IMG/VR virus record: IMGVR_UViG_3300033994_001671
Location: 1 to 64,000 of that record
Strand: one strand, 5' to 3'
Length of the DNA: 64,000 nucleotides
From: an uncultured virus (IMG/VR IMGVR_UViG_3300033994_001671)
Taxonomy: Duplodnaviria > Heunggongvirae > Uroviricota > Caudoviricetes
Position 1 is the stretch's first letter; each line of letters begins with the position of its first letter. A program made the translations under genes and the position numbers. Shown one piece after another: positions 20,700 through 31,667 of the stretch. The notes beneath the pieces were generated by a model. It searched no databases. It saw only the letters and a list, made by a program, of their open reading frames with translations, and had not been told where the DNA came from.

Positions 20700-23662
20700 T
20701 GGCAACTTATAAATGTCCACCACAAAATAGAAATTTTTCCGATAATTTTGTTGGTTTACAACTGACTGATGGTGGAGGACTTACGCTTGGTGGTTTTGAA
20801 TTCTCAACTAGTATTACCGAAAAGGTTAATAGAAATTTTGAAACTGGTACATTTTCATCATTATTTAATAATGATGATTTAAATTTAACACCCGAATTAG
20901 CTGCGTCTGTTTATAACAATAATTTCAGATTGTACCCAAATTTTGATGAAACTGATGTTACAAATTTTGTATCCTATGGTTCATTAAGTAAACGATTAGA
21001 AGTTGCAATTAATAATGTCTTAAATTATTTTCCAGCGGCGTTAGAAATAAGAAATTTTACATCAGGGTCAACAACTGCAAATACTGCGGTTAATATTAGT
21101 TATAATGGTAATTTAGATGAAACAGTATTAACAATTCCTTGGCAAACAATAAGTAATCCTTTCAATATTGATTATAGAATTAATGCAACTGTTTATATCA
21201 GTAGTTTAGGATTTCCTGTTTCAAAATACAGAAACTTAACAAATCAATTTAGAAGTTATTCATTATTTCTTAGCGGACAAAGTTATGAACTAAATTATAT
21301 TAATACAACCTCTGATTTTTCAACCGATTTAACAATATATGTTAAAGGTAATCCATTTAGTGGGTTAACAACATATTCTCAAAATTTTGTTGTTAGACCA
21401 AATGATACAATAGTTAATGAAGTTTTCAATCTTGAGTTAGGAGAAATTGAAGAAGCGTTATTAAATAGATACTCTAACCCAATATATACGTACCAATATC
21501 AAACACCATCTGAATCGGATGATGGTTACATTTCAAATGTTGTACGTTCAATTACTTGGCCATTAGGTGGTGTATGGAATATAGATATTAGTTCTTTTGG
21601 ATATGAAAATTATATATCTGAATTACAGATATTAGGTACAAGTTATGATGAAAATAAAACAAATTTAGTATCTAGATTTTATACGACAAATGCGTTAAAG
21701 GAATTTGATACTGTAGATGAAAAGGTTGATAAGACTTTAAAAATTTATGGTAGAAGTTTTGATGAAACAAAAAAATATATTGATGGAATACAGTATGTTA
21801 ATTCTGTAAATTACAATATTGGAAATGATATACCTTCAGGTTTAGTTACTAATTTGGCTCAAACACTTGGTTGGTCAATCAGGATGTCCCCAATTGCAAA
21901 TGCTGACTTTTTAGAGTCGGTTTATGGTACTACGGATAATGCGTTTCCTGCTTATTCGACAAGTCAAACAAAACAAGATTTAAATAATCAATATTTTAGA
22001 AATTTAATTCTTAATTCATCTTATTTGTACAGGTCAAAAGGAACAAGAAAGTCGATTGAATTTTTATTGGGTTTTATTGGGGCACCTGAAGCTCTTGTTG
22101 AGTTTAATGAGAATGTTTATTTGGCGGACACAAATATTAATATAGAAAAATTTAATTTATTATATTCACAAATTTCAGGTGGAACATATACCCCACAGTT
22201 TACGGTTTTAAATAGTGGTAATACCTATAATTTTCAGGGTGTAACATATACTGCATTTACACAATCAGGTGTTACAATTCCGACAAATACAACATTAACC
22301 GATTATCCTGTTGACAGTGAGGGTTATCCTGTAAATCCTGTGTTTACTCAAGGGACAACAAGTAGACCAAGTTTTTATTTTCAAAAAGGAGGTGGATGGA
22401 TTGAGTCTACAGTACAACATAGAACACCTGAAGAAGTTAATTATAGTACTAGTATCTACACTGGACAAAATGTTAATATCCAAACTAATTTAGAACCATT
22501 CACATATGGTCAAAAATTCTTAGATAGATTTAGAAATTTCCCATTCATGGATATGGGTTTTAATCTTAAAAAAGTTCAGGATAATAAAAAGAGTTGGACT
22601 AATGAAGATATCGGGTTGAGAAAAAACATTGATAATTTATTTAATGCTTATTACCCAATCTCAACAGATAGATTATTACTTAATGTTAAGAATGTTGAAA
22701 TATTCTTAAATCCTGCTCAAGCTCTTGCATATGATGTTTGGTATGTTTCGGCAACCAAAAATTACCCAATACCTTACACAGGATTATCTTCACCGTATCC
22801 ACAGATAGGTGGTATTGATTGGACTTTTATTAATCCACAACCACAAAATAAAACTTTTTATGAGTTTTATAAAACTTTTTGGTTGAACATGATAAATGTT
22901 AGAAATCGACAATTTTCATCCGATGGAAAAACAAGTGGTTACCCAACATTACAGTCACTATTTTGGAAATACCTTACGATGTACCAAGATACAGGATTAA
23001 CTAATTACAATTTTGGTTATCAAAATATGATTGAGTATATTAATGGACTAGGTGATTTTTGGATTAAATTAATTGAACAATTTGTTCCGGCAACAACTAT
23101 TTGGAATACAGGAACAAAATTTGAAAATTCAATATTCCATAGACAAAAGTTTATTTATAGAAGACAAAGAGGTTGTCAGTTGGTACTACAAGAAGTTGTT
23201 GGGCCGGTTACAACTGGTACTCTCCAAACTAATGGTTGTGACTCATTTACTTTTGATATTGATGTACCATCAATTCAAAATATTGGAGATGGTTTACATG
23301 ATGATGCACAAGTATTGGCGACTGAACAAGGGTTTACTGATGGTTATACAATTGTCAATGCAAGTTATGGATTTGGTTTTACATTAACACACATTAATAC
23401 TGGTGAAGAATTTATATTTGAGTATAATAATGGGCCAACCTATTATTACCCAAATTTATACCCAACTCAAACACAATGGATAAATACTATAAATCAAGGA
23501 TTAGTTTACTTTTCAAATAGTGGAATTAATAATCAAGCAGGTGTACAAATAGTTTATAACAGTAATACAAATCAATTACAATTAATATCGACAATATGTG
23601 GATTTGATGATGTTGTTATAAGTGATATAGTCGTAATAAATGATATACAGATACAAGGATAA
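20699..23662 (+). CDS. Putative baseplate wedge protein (P2 gpI / gp7-like motif)
   Basis: LAQTLGW...LYRSKGTRKSIEFLL resembles the tail protein I 'KGT' motif. Confidence 0.55.
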   Translation: MATYKCPPQNRNFSDNFVGLQLTDGGGLTLGGFEFSTSITEKVNRNFETGTFSSLFNNDDLNLTPELAASVYNNNFRLYPNFDETDVTNFVSYGSLSKRLEVAINNVLNYFPAALEIRNFTSGSTTANTAVNISYNGNLDETVLTIPWQTISNPFNIDYRINATVYISSLGFPVSKYRNLTNQFRSYSLFLSGQSYELNYINTTSDFSTDLTIYVKGNPFSGLTTYSQNFVVRPNDTIVNEVFNLELGEIEEALLNRYSNPIYTYQYQTPSESDDGYISNVVRSITWPLGGVWNIDISSFGYENYISELQILGTSYDENKTNLVSRFYTTNALKEFDTVDEKVDKTLKIYGRSFDETKKYIDGIQYVNSVNYNIGNDIPSGLVTNLAQTLGWSIRMSPIANADFLESVYGTTDNAFPAYSTSQTKQDLNNQYFRNLILNSSYLYRSKGTRKSIEFLLGFIGAPEALVEFNENVYLADTNINIEKFNLLYSQISGGTYTPQFTVLNSGNTYNFQGVTYTAFTQSGVTIPTNTTLTDYPVDSEGYPVNPVFTQGTTSRPSFYFQKGGGWIESTVQHRTPEEVNYSTSIYTGQNVNIQTNLEPFTYGQKFLDRFRNFPFMDMGFNLKKVQDNKKSWTNEDIGLRKNIDNLFNAYYPISTDRLLLNVKNVEIFLNPAQALAYDVWYVSATKNYPIPYTGLSSPYPQIGGIDWTFINPQPQNKTFYEFYKTFWLNMINVRNRQFSSDGKTSGYPTLQSLFWKYLTMYQDTGLTNYNFGYQNMIEYINGLGDFWIKLIEQFVPATTIWNTGTKFENSIFHRQKFIYRRQRGCQLVLQEVVGPVTTGTLQTNGCDSFTFDIDVPSIQNIGDGLHDDAQVLATEQGFTDGYTIVNASYGFGFTLTHINTGEEFIFEYNNGPTYYYPNLYPTQTQWINTINQGLVYFSNSGINNQAGVQIVYNSNTNQLQLISTICGFDDVVISDIVVINDIQIQG

Positions 23663-25842
23663 TGGCGGAAAGTTCGTATTCAATAAGTTTAACAGGTGAT
23701 TGTACAAATAGTTCATTAGGAGCTGCGCTAATTACTTTAGTTGGCTCAAGTCCGTATACAATCTATTGGGTAAATAATGTATTACCATCGGCAACTTTTT
23801 CAGGAAGTTCTTATTCTGTAACAGGATTAAGTACGGGTACTTACGGATTTAATATTACAGCTTCAACTATTCCGATTAATGAAGTTATAGGACCTGTATA
23901 TTTTAATATAGTTTCAGCAAGTACTGCATATATTAACACATCTGATTTTGTAACATGTCAACCTGATAGTTCATATTTAACAGTTGTAACCACAGGAACG
24001 ACTAATGGGGTAATTGACAATACTCAAGGAACATTTGTTGGGGCAACAATTAATTTATATAAAGACTATGTATACTATGCTTCCGCAACTTCGGTTAATA
24101 CCGCATATTCTTTTATAAATTTATCTGAAGGTATGTATTACGCTCAGGTAACAGGGGATGGTAATTGCCCTTGTGAAACAGAATCTGTGATAATACATAC
24201 TAATCCAAATTTACTTGATTTTGGATTATATACAATTGATAATCCAGCATGTTCACAACAAAGTGGTAAAATATACGTTACAGGTTTAACAGGTGTTTCA
24301 CCATTCATTTATCAGTGGTCACCTACTGTTGGTGGTACAGGTGATACATTTGTAACTGGGCTAACTCAAGGCTCGTACAATTTAACTGTTATAGATGCGA
24401 ATGGGTGTAGTTTAACTAAAATAACAACTATTACAAATGCTGAACCGATATCGTTTATATCTTATACAACCACACCACCAACTTGTTTTAATGCTGATGG
24501 GAGTATAACGTTTAATATTACAGGTGGAACGGCTCCGTATTTTTATTTATTAAGTAATGGTGATTCAGTTACAACATATGGTACATCTGTAACATTTAAT
24601 AATATTGGGTCAGGAAGTTATACTTTAACAGTTACGGATGTTTCGTTATGTAGTCTCTCAACATCAGTTGATTTCTTAGTTCCAAGAAGTTTTTCATTGG
24701 TATCTGAAACAGTTTCAAACTCACAATGTTCGTATAATAGTGGGTCAATAACTGTTACATTATTAGGTGGGACACCTCCATTTATATATTCATTAAGTAA
24801 TAATAGTGGTGTGACAACAACTAATACGTCAACACTTCAAACCAATACATTTAACAGTTTAGAGTCGGGTACATATACTTTAACAATTAATGATAGTAGT
24901 AGTGCTTGTACTTATACTAATAATATTACAGTATTAAATGATACATCATTTAATTTTTCTATTACAGGAAATAGTACTTATTGTGGTCTTAATGATGGTT
25001 CTATCAATATATCTGTAACTCCAAGTTATACATCTTCAACATTTTATACGTATTCACTATCAAACGGGGCTAGCTCATACCCGACAACTTCAACGACATA
25101 TACCTTTACTAGTTTACCTGCAGGTAATTACGATGTAACTATTGAAAATCTTTCAGGATGTACTCAAACTACATCAACTACAATTGATTATTTGGCACCT
25201 TATCAATTTGCGTTATATGGTACTGATTGTATAAATGGTAGTGGTGGTACGATAAGTGTTTTATTAAATGAAAGTACTGGGCCTTTTAACTTTATTTGGA
25301 GTGATAATGTTAATGGTCAAATTGGTACATATATTACAGGTTTAACTGCTGGTACTTATGTATTAACTGTTAGCGGTACAAGTAATTGTGAAACAACTAA
25401 ATCAATTGATATTAGTTGTAACCCATTAAGAACTGCTAGCTCAACTTACAAGTATACGATTGGTAATAAAACATATCTACCTTCATCAATATTTAATTTT
25501 ACAAAAATGTTAAATGAGGGATATTCTTCATTAACAACAGGACATGAGGATTGTAAACTTAAATATGCTAAATTTAATTGTGATATAGAACTTGACGGAA
25601 CGGTTTATTCAGGTACTTTCTTTACAACAACATCTTTATCTAATTCACCGACAGTAAACGCATTTAAGACAGTTATTGATGCATTAATCAATACTATACC
25701 TGATATTAAATCTTATGAGGTTAATTTATTGACAAATACCATCAGTATTGAATCAGATGTTGTTGGTGGTGTTGAAGTTTATAAAGATGATGTATTAACT
25801 ATATCGGTAAGAATGGATTATAGTATATCTTGTCGCACTTAA
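23662..25842 (+). CDS. SprB-repeat-like beta-sandwich virion/adhesin protein
   Basis: Repeats such as TGGTAPYFY, GLTQGSYNLTVIDANGC, LPAGNYDVTI, GLTAGTYVLTV. Confidence 0.7.
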   Translation: MAESSYSISLTGDCTNSSLGAALITLVGSSPYTIYWVNNVLPSATFSGSSYSVTGLSTGTYGFNITASTIPINEVIGPVYFNIVSASTAYINTSDFVTCQPDSSYLTVVTTGTTNGVIDNTQGTFVGATINLYKDYVYYASATSVNTAYSFINLSEGMYYAQVTGDGNCPCETESVIIHTNPNLLDFGLYTIDNPACSQQSGKIYVTGLTGVSPFIYQWSPTVGGTGDTFVTGLTQGSYNLTVIDANGCSLTKITTITNAEPISFISYTTTPPTCFNADGSITFNITGGTAPYFYLLSNGDSVTTYGTSVTFNNIGSGSYTLTVTDVSLCSLSTSVDFLVPRSFSLVSETVSNSQCSYNSGSITVTLLGGTPPFIYSLSNNSGVTTTNTSTLQTNTFNSLESGTYTLTINDSSSACTYTNNITVLNDTSFNFSITGNSTYCGLNDGSINISVTPSYTSSTFYTYSLSNGASSYPTTSTTYTFTSLPAGNYDVTIENLSGCTQTTSTTIDYLAPYQFALYGTDCINGSGGTISVLLNESTGPFNFIWSDNVNGQIGTYITGLTAGTYVLTVSGTSNCETTKSIDISCNPLRTASSTYKYTIGNKTYLPSSIFNFTKMLNEGYSSLTTGHEDCKLKYAKFNCDIELDGTVYSGTFFTTTSLSNSPTVNAFKTVIDALINTIPDIKSYEVNLLTNTISIESDVVGGVEVYKDDVLTISVRMDYSISCRT

Positions 25843-25869
25843 AATAGTTGAAAAACTATTTATCATTAA

Positions 25870-26874
25870 ATGAGTTTAGTAACAATAAATAGTTTGGGAG
25901 GAATACCTCCTTATGTTATTTCAGTTTGTGACATATTTCAATACTCTTGTCAAACTGTGACAACAATATATGATTATATTCCACCATCTGTTAGTTTTAA
26001 TATTCCGAGTCCATATTCATCGGCTCCAAAAGTTTTAATTAAAATAGTCGATTCTACAGGATGTATTTTCACACAAGAATATATGTGTGTAACACCTACT
26101 CCAACCCCAAGTATTACTCCAAGTGTCACCCCGACAATTTCTTTAACTCCTTCAAATACTCCAACACCAAGTATTACACCATCATTTACACCTACACCGA
26201 GTATCACACCAAGTATTACACCTACACAAACAGTTACACCATCACATACCCCAACACAAACAATTACTCCAACAGTTACAAGAACTCCAACACCTACAGT
26301 TACACCTGACACTCCTATTTATGCTTATTTGTTCATTGAACCATACTCAGGTTCTGCTAGTGTTGGTTCTTACATGAATTCACTTGGTTCTAATTTTTAT
26401 GGATTTACAAATACTACTAAACCAAGTAGTTCGGCTAGTACATTTGATTTAGACATGAACAAATATGTTAACTTCTCAGGATGGACAACAGGATTATTTC
26501 CAAATATTATAAAACAATTAGTACCATCGGCAAGTAGTGGACTTGATTCATACGGTAACCCATATCTTAAATATAATTTCCCAACAACAAAAGTACCTGA
26601 AAATACGGTTGGATGTAAAGCTTGGTACACTTGGATAATACCAATTAGCAGAACCAATAATCAATACCAAGTTGAGATTGATTTGGGAATAGTTAATCCA
26701 AATGTCTTTACAAGTGTAAAGACGGAACCGACAATTTACGCTAATACATTTACTTATACAGGTAGTACTATTGCAAATACAACATACAGGGTTTACACAA
26801 CATACCCATCAAATACATTTGAATTGGATAATACTTATGACCTTTATTTTAGAGGAAGTAAGGTTGATATATAA
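25870..26874 (+). CDS. Virion protein: 73-aa Cys-containing domain + Thr-Pro linker + C-terminal domain
   Basis: TPTPSITP repeats at ~26092-26315; C-terminal domain paralogous to that of 37087..38295. Confidence 0.7.
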   Translation: MSLVTINSLGGIPPYVISVCDIFQYSCQTVTTIYDYIPPSVSFNIPSPYSSAPKVLIKIVDSTGCIFTQEYMCVTPTPTPSITPSVTPTISLTPSNTPTPSITPSFTPTPSITPSITPTQTVTPSHTPTQTITPTVTRTPTPTVTPDTPIYAYLFIEPYSGSASVGSYMNSLGSNFYGFTNTTKPSSSASTFDLDMNKYVNFSGWTTGLFPNIIKQLVPSASSGLDSYGNPYLKYNFPTTKVPENTVGCKAWYTWIIPISRTNNQYQVEIDLGIVNPNVFTSVKTEPTIYANTFTYTGSTIANTTYRVYTTYPSNTFELDNTYDLYFRGSKVDI

Positions 26875-26883
26875 TTATAGTAA

Positions 26884-28881
26884 ATGAGTTTCCCATATAA
26901 AAATCCAATATCGTCTATCCAACTAAATGGAACACAAAGTGTACCAAGAAACAATACGTATGGTACTACTTTCAGTGTTAATAATACGGGTGGTTATATG
27001 GAGGTTTTCAGTTTATCTGACCTTTATTATACAATACCATCGGGAACAACGGGAAGTATTGAATATTCGGGTAATACTATTCCTATTGAGTTTACAAAAG
27101 GAACGGGAACAGCTTGGTCACCTGATGTAATTACTTTGGCTTCAGATAATATTTCATCAGGTAGAAGACGACTTGGTATGTTGGCTTATGTTTATGAGGT
27201 TGACCAAGTTTACCAATATCATATTAATGATTACGAGACGTTATTTAATGCTGCGACTGCTAGTACGGGATGCGCTCAAGTATCTGATTTTGGAACAACG
27301 ATAAATAATAAAACTGCTGCGGGTCAGTCGTTTATTAATTCTTGGACTGCTAACACTATTGAAGATGTTAGTGGTGCAACATATAGTACTGCGGCATGGA
27401 GAAAGTTTTCGACAGGAACTGGAGGAGGTTCAGGATTTACGTCAGTTAGAATAAATAATGTTAGTCAATTTACGTCATCACCATATAGTTATATTAATTT
27501 TAGTGGTGTTAATGTTGATATATCATCAGTTGGAAACAATACGATTGTATTATCGGCAAGTACTAGCGGAGGTGGTGGAGGAAGTGGTTCGTCAGGTAGT
27601 AGTGGTAGTTCAGGAACATCGGGAACTAATGGTAGTTCAGGTTCTAGCGGGATTAGTGGTTCTTCAGGTACTAGTGGTAGTTCAGGTTCTGCAGGAACAT
27701 CGGGGAGTTCGGGTTCTACAGGTTCGTCAGGAACAAGTGGTAGTAGTGGAACTTCAGGTAGTTCTGGTACATCTGGTTCAAGTGGTAGTAGTGGTTCTTT
27801 AGGAACATCAGGAAGTAGTGGTACCTCAGGTAATGGTGGGTCATCGGGAACAAGTGGTTTAGATGGGATAAGTGGAACGTCAGGTTCTTCAGGGTCAAGT
27901 GGAAGTACTGGCTCTTCAGGAACTAGCGGAACATCAGGTTTAAGTGGTTCTTCAGGAACTTCAGGTAGTTCTGGTACATCAGGTTCATCGGGTAGTTCCG
28001 GTTCTGCCGGAACATCAGGTACAGGATTTACCACAATCACAAGTCCGGGTAGTAATAGAGTATTAACATCTGATGGGACATCTAATGCTGCGGTTGCTCA
28101 GGCTAGAATGACTTTTGATGGTACTACATTATCAGTTACAGGTAATACAAGTGTTAATGGTAATATAAGTACTACAGGTGTAACATCTTTTGGTAACGGA
28201 ACATTTACAAAGGCGGGGTCAGCTACTGGTGATGTTCTTCTTGATAATAATAGTACAGATACTCCGGGTGTTTTGTTTTATTATGCTAATAATTCAAACT
28301 TTGGTATTGATAGTTTTAATGGGTCATTTGATGTTCTAAGTGGACAGTTAGTTCGTATCACAAATAATTTAAATGAAGCAGGAGGTGCGGTAAAAATGGC
28401 TATAGATACCACAGGTAATGTGGTATTTACAGGATTTATAAAGGCTAATGCGTGGAGAGCCGGTCAGGTAATTAACGATATTATTTTGAGTAATACTGAG
28501 GTAACTGTTAGTACTACAACTATAGCTACCAGTAATTCGGATACTGATTTTGTTACTTATAGTTATACACCATTAAGTTCTACAAGTTATTTAGTAATAC
28601 ATTATCATTTAGCATCTTTTGATTTTACTTCTGGTACAGGTAATGATTCATACATATCTAGAATAAAGGTTGATGGTGGTGAAATAACCTATTCAGTACA
28701 AAGCACGGTTAATGGATTTCGTACAGGTGTTTTATTTCCATTAACGGGTAGATACACTAACTCTAATACTACCGCAAAATCGATAGTAGTTGCATGTCGT
28801 AGAAGTTTTGCGGATGATAATATCACAATAGTAAATTCATCTACTTCAATGTGGTTAAGAATAACAGAAGTTGCAAGATAA
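26884..28881 (+). CDS. Tail-fibre-like protein with ~48 Gly-Ser/Thr-Ser triplets
   Basis: GSS/GTS repeat at 27586-28017; N-terminus paralogous to 38326 gene (SDNxSSGRRRLGM); NRVLTSDG..MTFDGTTL fibre-like segment. Confidence 0.75.
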   Translation: MSFPYKNPISSIQLNGTQSVPRNNTYGTTFSVNNTGGYMEVFSLSDLYYTIPSGTTGSIEYSGNTIPIEFTKGTGTAWSPDVITLASDNISSGRRRLGMLAYVYEVDQVYQYHINDYETLFNAATASTGCAQVSDFGTTINNKTAAGQSFINSWTANTIEDVSGATYSTAAWRKFSTGTGGGSGFTSVRINNVSQFTSSPYSYINFSGVNVDISSVGNNTIVLSASTSGGGGGSGSSGSSGSSGTSGTNGSSGSSGISGSSGTSGSSGSAGTSGSSGSTGSSGTSGSSGTSGSSGTSGSSGSSGSLGTSGSSGTSGNGGSSGTSGLDGISGTSGSSGSSGSTGSSGTSGTSGLSGSSGTSGSSGTSGSSGSSGSAGTSGTGFTTITSPGSNRVLTSDGTSNAAVAQARMTFDGTTLSVTGNTSVNGNISTTGVTSFGNGTFTKAGSATGDVLLDNNSTDTPGVLFYYANNSNFGIDSFNGSFDVLSGQLVRITNNLNEAGGAVKMAIDTTGNVVFTGFIKANAWRAGQVINDIILSNTEVTVSTTTIATSNSDTDFVTYSYTPLSSTSYLVIHYHLASFDFTSGTGNDSYISRIKVDGGEITYSVQSTVNGFRTGVLFPLTGRYTNSNTTAKSIVVACRRSFADDNITIVNSSTSMWLRITEVAR

Positions 28882-30728
28882 TGCCAATCCCACCGAATAA
28901 AATAAAATACTCAACGTCCTTTCATCCTAATACGATTAAAGTTAAGGATTGGGTTTTGGGTATTAATGAAGGTGCGGAATACGGGCCAACAAGTGTTACA
29001 GGATTTTGGAATTCTATTATACCACCATCAGGTGGTTATACCATGTATGGAAACAAGGCAGTTGCTGGACCATCCATAGTGGTTGCTCAAAACGACTCAG
29101 AACTTATTGGTTTTACACAAGGATTTGCGGGACAAACATTTAATACTGCTAACGAAGCGTTAGGATGGTACACAGGACAAACAGGTCTTATTTGTGTTAA
29201 CCTTGATTACCCTGATATTATAACTGACGGATTAACATTATTACTTGATGCTGGTTATGTTTCATCATACCCAAGAAGTGGTTCACGATGGGATGATTTA
29301 AGTTTTAGTGGTAACAACGGAACACTAATTAATACTCCAACATTCAATTCAAGTAACAACGGATACCTCACATTTAACGGAAGTAATCAATATGTTAATG
29401 TTGCAGGTACTCCTGTTGGAATAACGGCATATACCAAAAACATTTGGTTTTATCTAAACTCAACGGCTGATAATAATTTATTAAGTAGTGATACTGGTGG
29501 ACACTTTATGTTCTTTGCAGGTTCAAATAAATTATATTGTGGACATTCTGATTGGGGTAATTATACGGTTTTCCCATCGGTCACTAACTTTAGTAATGGG
29601 GTGTGGTATAATGCGTGTGTAACTTTTGATACCATAAATGGATTTGTATTGTATGTTAATGGTGTTCAGGATAGTACATACACCACTCAAAAGACACCTA
29701 TAGGGGGTAATGGTTCAACAAGGATAGGAGCGTTTGGTGATGGAGGTAATCTATTAAATGGTAGGGTTTCAGTTGCTATGACTTACAATAGAGTATTAAG
29801 TTCTACTGAAGTATTAAAAAATTACAATTCATTTTCGTCAAGATTTATTTCACCATCACCTACTCCGACAACAACAATAACCCCTACACCTACAATGACA
29901 GTTACCCCGACGATAACTCCAACAAATACTCAAACACCGACAAATACAATTACTCCAACACCTTCCATAACTCCGACTAGAACTGTAACACCTACCCAAA
30001 CACAGACACCGACAAATACGATTACTCCAACACCAACAAGTGTGGGTGGGGTAATTAGTGGTAATTTATTTATGAAGTTAGATGCTACTAATTATGTTAG
30101 TGGTACTTGGACTGATGAAACGGGAAATGGAAATAATGCAACTATTAATGGTGCCACTTGGTTGTCTACTGACGGAGGTATTTTTGATTTAAATGGGACT
30201 AGTAATACAATAAGTATACCTCATACTGCTAATCTTAGTTTAAATACTACAACCCAAAGAACAATACAAGTTTGGGTTAAATTTGACGTTTTACCTAGTT
30301 CAGGTCAACAAGTTCCGGTCTTTGGAAAACTATCCAGTTCATTTGGATTTGATGGGTATTGGGGTGGGTTATTCTCGAATGCTGGCGTTGTGAGGGTAGT
30401 TACAAATGGAACGGGGGTTCAAAAAATATCCGACTCTACGTTAACCGTTTCAATTAATACTTGGTATTTATTTACATTTGTTTCACGAATTACCTCAACT
30501 GCTAATACCACCAAAGTGTATATTAATAATACCGAATATATAACAACCGCTCATGGTACTGATACATATAGTGAAACTAACCCTCTTTATTTGGGTTACA
30601 TTGGTACTGGTATATCATCACTTTATTTAAATGGTAAAATAGGTGCCTGTTATTTTTATACCACAGGATTAACCGCCAGTGATGTAACAACAAACTATAA
30701 TAATACTAAATCAAAATATGGATTATAA
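28881..30728 (+). CDS. Double LamG/ConA-like lectin-fold protein with Thr-Pro linker
   Basis: GLTLLLDAG..SYP.SG..W.DLS..GNNGTL, NGVWYNACVTFD, YNRVLSSTEVLKNY, then a second LamG copy; ATG 28881 overlaps the upstream TAA. Confidence 0.8.
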   Translation: MPIPPNKIKYSTSFHPNTIKVKDWVLGINEGAEYGPTSVTGFWNSIIPPSGGYTMYGNKAVAGPSIVVAQNDSELIGFTQGFAGQTFNTANEALGWYTGQTGLICVNLDYPDIITDGLTLLLDAGYVSSYPRSGSRWDDLSFSGNNGTLINTPTFNSSNNGYLTFNGSNQYVNVAGTPVGITAYTKNIWFYLNSTADNNLLSSDTGGHFMFFAGSNKLYCGHSDWGNYTVFPSVTNFSNGVWYNACVTFDTINGFVLYVNGVQDSTYTTQKTPIGGNGSTRIGAFGDGGNLLNGRVSVAMTYNRVLSSTEVLKNYNSFSSRFISPSPTPTTTITPTPTMTVTPTITPTNTQTPTNTITPTPSITPTRTVTPTQTQTPTNTITPTPTSVGGVISGNLFMKLDATNYVSGTWTDETGNGNNATINGATWLSTDGGIFDLNGTSNTISIPHTANLSLNTTTQRTIQVWVKFDVLPSSGQQVPVFGKLSSSFGFDGYWGGLFSNAGVVRVVTNGTGVQKISDSTLTVSINTWYLFTFVSRITSTANTTKVYINNTEYITTAHGTDTYSETNPLYLGYIGTGISSLYLNGKIGACYFYTTGLTASDVTTNYNNTKSKYGL

Positions 30729-30733
30729 ATAAA

Positions 30734-31597
30734 ATGGCAACATCACGACCTTTTGCATATAATACAGGCTCAACAATTTCAGGGACAGAACAAGTTGGAA
30801 GTATTGCTATTGGATACCCAACAAGTGGTTTTACATCCACAGGTTTAAGATGGTGGAATGGGCCTGATGAAGATTTGGGATATGTTATTGCTCACACCGT
30901 ACCGTCAGGAACACAACCAAATCCTGTTGGAGTTCCTGCTTATATCGGTTTTTGGAGAACACCAAGTAAGACAGATAATAACTTTATTAGTTTATCTCAG
31001 TATGTATCAAGTTTTACCGGAACACCACAAACATTTGCAAGTGCTTCAGCGGCTAAGACATGGTTAAACTCGGCGGGATATTGGACATCTTGGGATTTAA
31101 GTTATACTGCAGGAGTATTTAAAACAACTTATAGTGGGTACTTTAATGATAATGTTAATTTCTTTGCAACCGCAACTCCCGCATCAGTAGGTGGAAATCC
31201 TGCGACTTCAGTACAAACCACCGAGATAACAGAACCCCCAACCAGTGACGGTGAGAATTTCAGTTGTCAATGGTTAGGTTATTTCAAACCAACTACTACA
31301 GAAACTTACACATTCTTTACTTCATCTGATGATGCTTCCTATGTTTGGGTTGGTAGTAATAGTATTTCAGGATTTACAACAACAAACTCAACAGTTAATA
31401 ACGGTGGATTACATGGGACACAAGAACGTTCAGGTACAATTGCCTTAACTGCTGGTACATATTATCCGTTACGAGTACAATTTGGAGAACTAAGTGGTGG
31501 TGACGTGATGACTTTTAGTTATTCAACTCCGACTATAACAAAAACAACCAACGTAACAGGTTTAATTTTTTATAATTTGGTAACAAGCGGATTTTAA
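30734..31597 (+). CDS. PA14-domain carbohydrate-binding virion protein
   Basis: FSCQWLGYFKP..TETYTFFTSSDDASYVWVG..NGGLHG..LTAGTYYPLRVQFGE..GGD PA14 signature. Confidence 0.8.
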   Translation: MATSRPFAYNTGSTISGTEQVGSIAIGYPTSGFTSTGLRWWNGPDEDLGYVIAHTVPSGTQPNPVGVPAYIGFWRTPSKTDNNFISLSQYVSSFTGTPQTFASASAAKTWLNSAGYWTSWDLSYTAGVFKTTYSGYFNDNVNFFATATPASVGGNPATSVQTTEITEPPTSDGENFSCQWLGYFKPTTTETYTFFTSSDDASYVWVGSNSISGFTTTNSTVNNGGLHGTQERSGTIALTAGTYYPLRVQFGELSGGDVMTFSYSTPTITKTTNVTGLIFYNLVTSGF

Positions 31598-31667
31598 AAA
31601 CTAAAACTTATTAATTTATTTCTTTAATTTTTATTTAAAATTAATACTTTTTGTGTAAAACATTTAC

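Noticed and set aside
25974..26312. Antisense Gly/Val-rich ORFs opposite Thr-Pro tracts (also 56028..56258) and Pro/Ala-rich ORFs opposite Gly-rich genes (46352-48833)
   Set aside because: Reverse-complement shadows of low-complexity coding sequence
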